Source: Thraustochytrium aureum
Taxonomy: Eukaryota
Direction of reading: 5' to 3'
Assembly: GCA_012862495.1 (NCBI GenBank)
Contig: BLSG01000123.1
Location: forward strand, 6,706 to 56,027
Length of the DNA stretch: 49,322 nt
Shown here in pieces: positions 45,927 to 49,322 of this stretch. The notes under the pieces are model-generated. The model was not told the origin of the DNA. It made no database searches and saw nothing but the letters and a program-made list of their open reading frames with translations. Each line of letters starts with the position of its first letter. The first letter of the stretch is position 1. A program made the translations under genes and the position numbers.

Positions 45927-48900
45927 CTAATCAGCGAGACTTGATGGCAGGGCAGCAAGCGCGAGCGCCTCCTTGGCGCTGGTCGAGGTGCGCGCCGCTA
46001 TATGCAGCCCCTGCCGCCGCCGCGGCCTCCGATCCCTTGCGGACTTTTCGGCGGCGTCGGTCTTGCTTGGCGTAGCTGCGGGCGCTGGGCTCGAGCGGCT
46101 GGGAGGCTGGGCCGACGCCGCAGCTGCGGCTGCCGAACCGGATGGCTTGCCCGGCGCTCCGGTCCGGGTCTTGCCGCCGCCTCTCGCGGCGCCTTCACCT
46201 TTGGCGGGGCGGCGCTTGTTGGCGCGCTTGCCTTGCGTCCCGGGCGTGGCCAGGCGCGCAGGTGCCCCGCCATTTTACAAATATCTCGGACTGCAAGACA
46301 CCCTCCTGCGCCGCGAGCTCTAGAGCAAGGCGCTCAGAGGCCATCTCCTCCTCTTGCAAGCGCTGGATCTCCTCTAGCGTTCCTCCCGAGCCGCTGTGGC
46401 AGAGCCCCCAGCTGTTCTCCTGCAGTTCCACCACACCAACAGAAACCGACTTGGCGCACATCTGCTCCTGCTGGATAAGCGCAAGGGCAGTCTTGGCCAC
46501 GGCACCAGCGCAAGTCACGTCGCCATTTGTTGCGGCTGAGAGCTTTTCTGCACGAGGAGGAGGAGGAGGAGCCCAGGCGGGCTTGGCCTGCTCTTTGCTC
46601 TTGGCCCGGGAAAGCACGAAATCGCTCAGCGAGACCCCGCGCGGCGCGTCGGCGCCGGTATCGGTCGAGCCAGCCCGCATTCCCAACGGCGCCAGCACCG
46701 CATTCCCCGGCAGTGACAACGGGCAAGGCGGGGCGGCTGAGCCCCTTTCCCGCGCAGGCGTCAAGCACGGGCTCGGTCCGAGCGGGCTTGAGATCGAGGC
46801 CGACCGCACCAACTTGTGCGGGCTGCAATCGTACCAGCCAGGTGTCGGGGACTGCGCGGGGCTGGGCGCTATCCACTGCGGCTGCTTGGGCGCACAAGCC
46901 CGCCGCTCTGCGGCTTGGCGTCGGGCTTGCTGCTCGCGCTCTTGCTGCTCGCGCTCTTGCTGCCTCAGGATCTCGCGCAGGCTGGGCTCTCGCAGCGTGG
47001 CTTGCGGCTCTGTTGGAGAGCGAGCTGGGCCACCCGGAGGACTTGCCCAGCTCGGGGCTGGACGCCGGCCGCCCTGCTCGGCCCGGCGGGATTCTGCGGC
47101 GCGGGCCTCTTCCTGCTGCCGAGCCTGGTTCTTGCGGTGGCGCTTGCCAGCGACGTGGTAGACCATGGCTTCAACGTCCTGGACGACGACCTGGCAGAGC
47201 GCGCAGCTGAGCATCTCGGAGGCCCGCGCCGCAGCGGCCTGCGCCCCTTGGCTCGAGTCGGTCACGCCTCGAGACGCTAGCTCTGCCTCGATCCGTTTGA
47301 TCGCCAGGGAGACCTCAGCTTGGTGCGCTTGGTAGCGGCGCGCCTCTTGCAGAGAATCTGTCCGGGTGGCGCCAGACACAAGCGCCTCCTGCCGCGAAAC
47401 GAGTGCGTCCAGCTCTGTACGGCGCGCGGCAAGGTACTTGCGCAAGTGCGGGACGGAGAGCACGCCAAGGTCCTTCTCACGCGCCCTAGGCGCCGCCGTC
47501 TCGCTCGACGAAGGGCGCGGCGGGGACGGCGGTTGCTCGCCAGCCGGAACAGCGCTCGCGACATGCCAAGAGGGGCTTGGTGGCGACTCCAGCGGCGCTT
47601 GCTCCAGCGGCGCTTCGGCGCCCGTAGGTGGACGGCGGCCGGAAGCGCTGATGAGCTCAGACACAGCCCCGGCCGAGCAACCGCACAGGGAGGCAATCTT
47701 GGCCTCGCAGTCGCGGTTGCTGGCCAGAACGGCGTCAAGGTTGTCACACACGAACGCTTCGCAGTAGGCGACGAGCGAGGTGGCAAACAGACTGGAGGCC
47801 CCGGTCCAGATCCCGATCACATTCCACGGGTTGACGCTACCAGCCAGCTTCTCCTCACAGAGCGCCTGGAGAGAGCGCACGCCGCACCGCACGGGGCTTG
47901 CGCCGCAAGCCGAGCTCGCAGTCTCCTCTCCATCAGAGTGCGCCTCGTCCTCGGCTTCGCTATCAGGCCCCGCAGTGCCGAGTTCGTCGTCCCTGAGGCC
48001 GGATCGGCTGTCGTGGGCCGCTGGCTTGGACACCTCTTTCAGCTGTTCACGATACGCGGACATGCTGACCCCGTGGGCGTACAGGCCATGAGCGTAGTCT
48101 GCAACGCCGACCTCGCAAAAGAGCGGGCGCGACGGCAGCACCAGTGCGATGGTGTGCGAATCGCCCGCGGAGACTGCGCTCACGCGACGCAGCCCAGGGA
48201 CGCGCTTTGGCACTGGCTGGTACGTCTCAAATGCCGGGCGATCCTTTGCGGCTGCGCCGAGGGCGCCGTCGTCGCCGTTCCCCCATGTGTAGAGATTGCC
48301 AACCGCATCGACGGCGCAGGTGTGGCTCCGGCCACAGGCGACGGAGACGATTTTGCACGAGTCGAGCGCGGCGACCTGCAGCGGTCGCGTGGTGTGCGCT
48401 TGGTGCGCGCGGTCGCAGCCTTTGTTGACATGGCCCAGCAGGTTTGCGTAGGTGCCCCAAGTGAACAGCTTGCCGTCGACGGACACCGCAGCGGCGTGGC
48501 TGGGGCCGCACGAGAGCGCCGCGACGCGCACGGTGCTCTCGCCCGACTTGGTTCCGTAGCTCCACTCCCCCTCCTCGGCGCCGTCGGCGCCGAGCACGGA
48601 GCGGATCACGATGCGGAACGGGGTGTGCGAGCCCAGCCCGAGCTGGAACACGCAGCCCTTTTCCGTGAGGGTATAAGTGACGCCGTCTGCGGCGCAGACG
48701 GTGACAACTGGGTCGCTGCCTCGCTTGGAGAGGGAAGAGACCAGCTTTGGCTCGCGTCGTGTGGCGGCGCTGTCGCTCGCCCCGAGTTGGCCTTTGTCAT
48801 TGGCGCCCCAAGTGAACACGGAGCCAGAGCTGTCCACGGCGACCGAGTGGGTTGTGCCTGCGGCCAGCGCCGTCAAGCGGCGCTTTACGCCTCTGTGCTG

Positions 48901-49322
48901 CTGTTGCCGCGTCCGCTGATTGAGGTCGACCGCGGTTTCGCCTTCACGAGGGAAGCGCACGCGCTTCGGGACGAGCGAATTCGAGACGTTGCTCCCGATG
49001 CCGAGTTGGCCTTTGTCGTTGGCGCCCCAAGCGTAGAGGTCGCCTGATTTCGTCAGGGCGAGGGTGTGGTCGCGCGCTGCAGCGACTTGGACGACGTGGT
49101 GCGAGGCCAGGTCTTGCACGAGCATCGGCAAGATGCGTGTCTTGTCGTCGCCCAAGCCCAGCCGGCCGTGCAGCCCGTGGCCCCACGCCCAGACGCGGCC
49201 AAGCTCGTCGAGCGCAACGCTGTGGTGCGCTGCCGCACAGACGTTCACGATGCGATTGGTAGACCCCAAGCACGGCAAGTCGACGAGGCGAGGGGCCGCC
49301 TGCACGGCCAACTTGTCCGATA
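45927..49322 (-). CDS. RCC1-repeat protein (IBTK-like) with BACK-like helical segment and U1/matrin-type zinc finger; 5' end outside window
   Basis: RCC1 repeats (VWAWGHGLHGRLGLG, LYAWGANDKGQLG, VACGRSHT, VSAGDSHT), SLQALCEEKL...LVAYCEAFVCDNLDAVL, CALC...HVAGKRH. Stop is at 46195 as given, or 45927 if a 1-nt insertion at about 46275 is corrected. Confidence 0.85.

Noticed and set aside
1790..46280. Genome-wide programmed ribosomal frameshifting or mass pseudogenisation
   Set aside because: There is no shared slippery or stop motif, indels go both ways at homopolymers, and the proteins otherwise keep intact motifs with no nonsense substitutions.

Overview
GC-rich (roughly 63% by eye), intron-poor eukaryotic scaffold with nine N-gaps. 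Gene content and style suggest a stramenopile protist, possibly thraustochytrid-like (inference only). About 16 protein-coding loci are present: a Na+/Ca2+ exchanger, an S6K-like AGC kinase, a type II PI4-kinase, a two-domain (TPC-type) channel, a 7TM protein, a TIR/HET-like+TPR protein, a carnitine acyltransferase, an ARM-like non-RD TKL kinase, an Fpg/Nei glycosylase, ADAT3, a small Dad1-like ORF, a GPI-anchored LRR protein, a tandem LamG-like protein, an F-box/ankyrin/EF-hand protein, a C2HC zinc finger+CAP-Gly protein, mitoribosomal mS23 and an RCC1-repeat protein. Many genes are broken by 1-nt indels at homopolymers, probably sequencing errors, so the supplied ORF track fragments them. 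Three observations stand out. (1) A 7TM ORF and the two-pore channel are both open up to either side of one short gap and may be a single receptor-channel fusion. (2) That channel has Cav-like glutamate selectivity filters plus EF-hands. (3) A phased AATCGATT palindrome array sits at a strand-skew switch in a bidirectional promoter. I found no tRNA, rRNA, CRISPR array or transposon.
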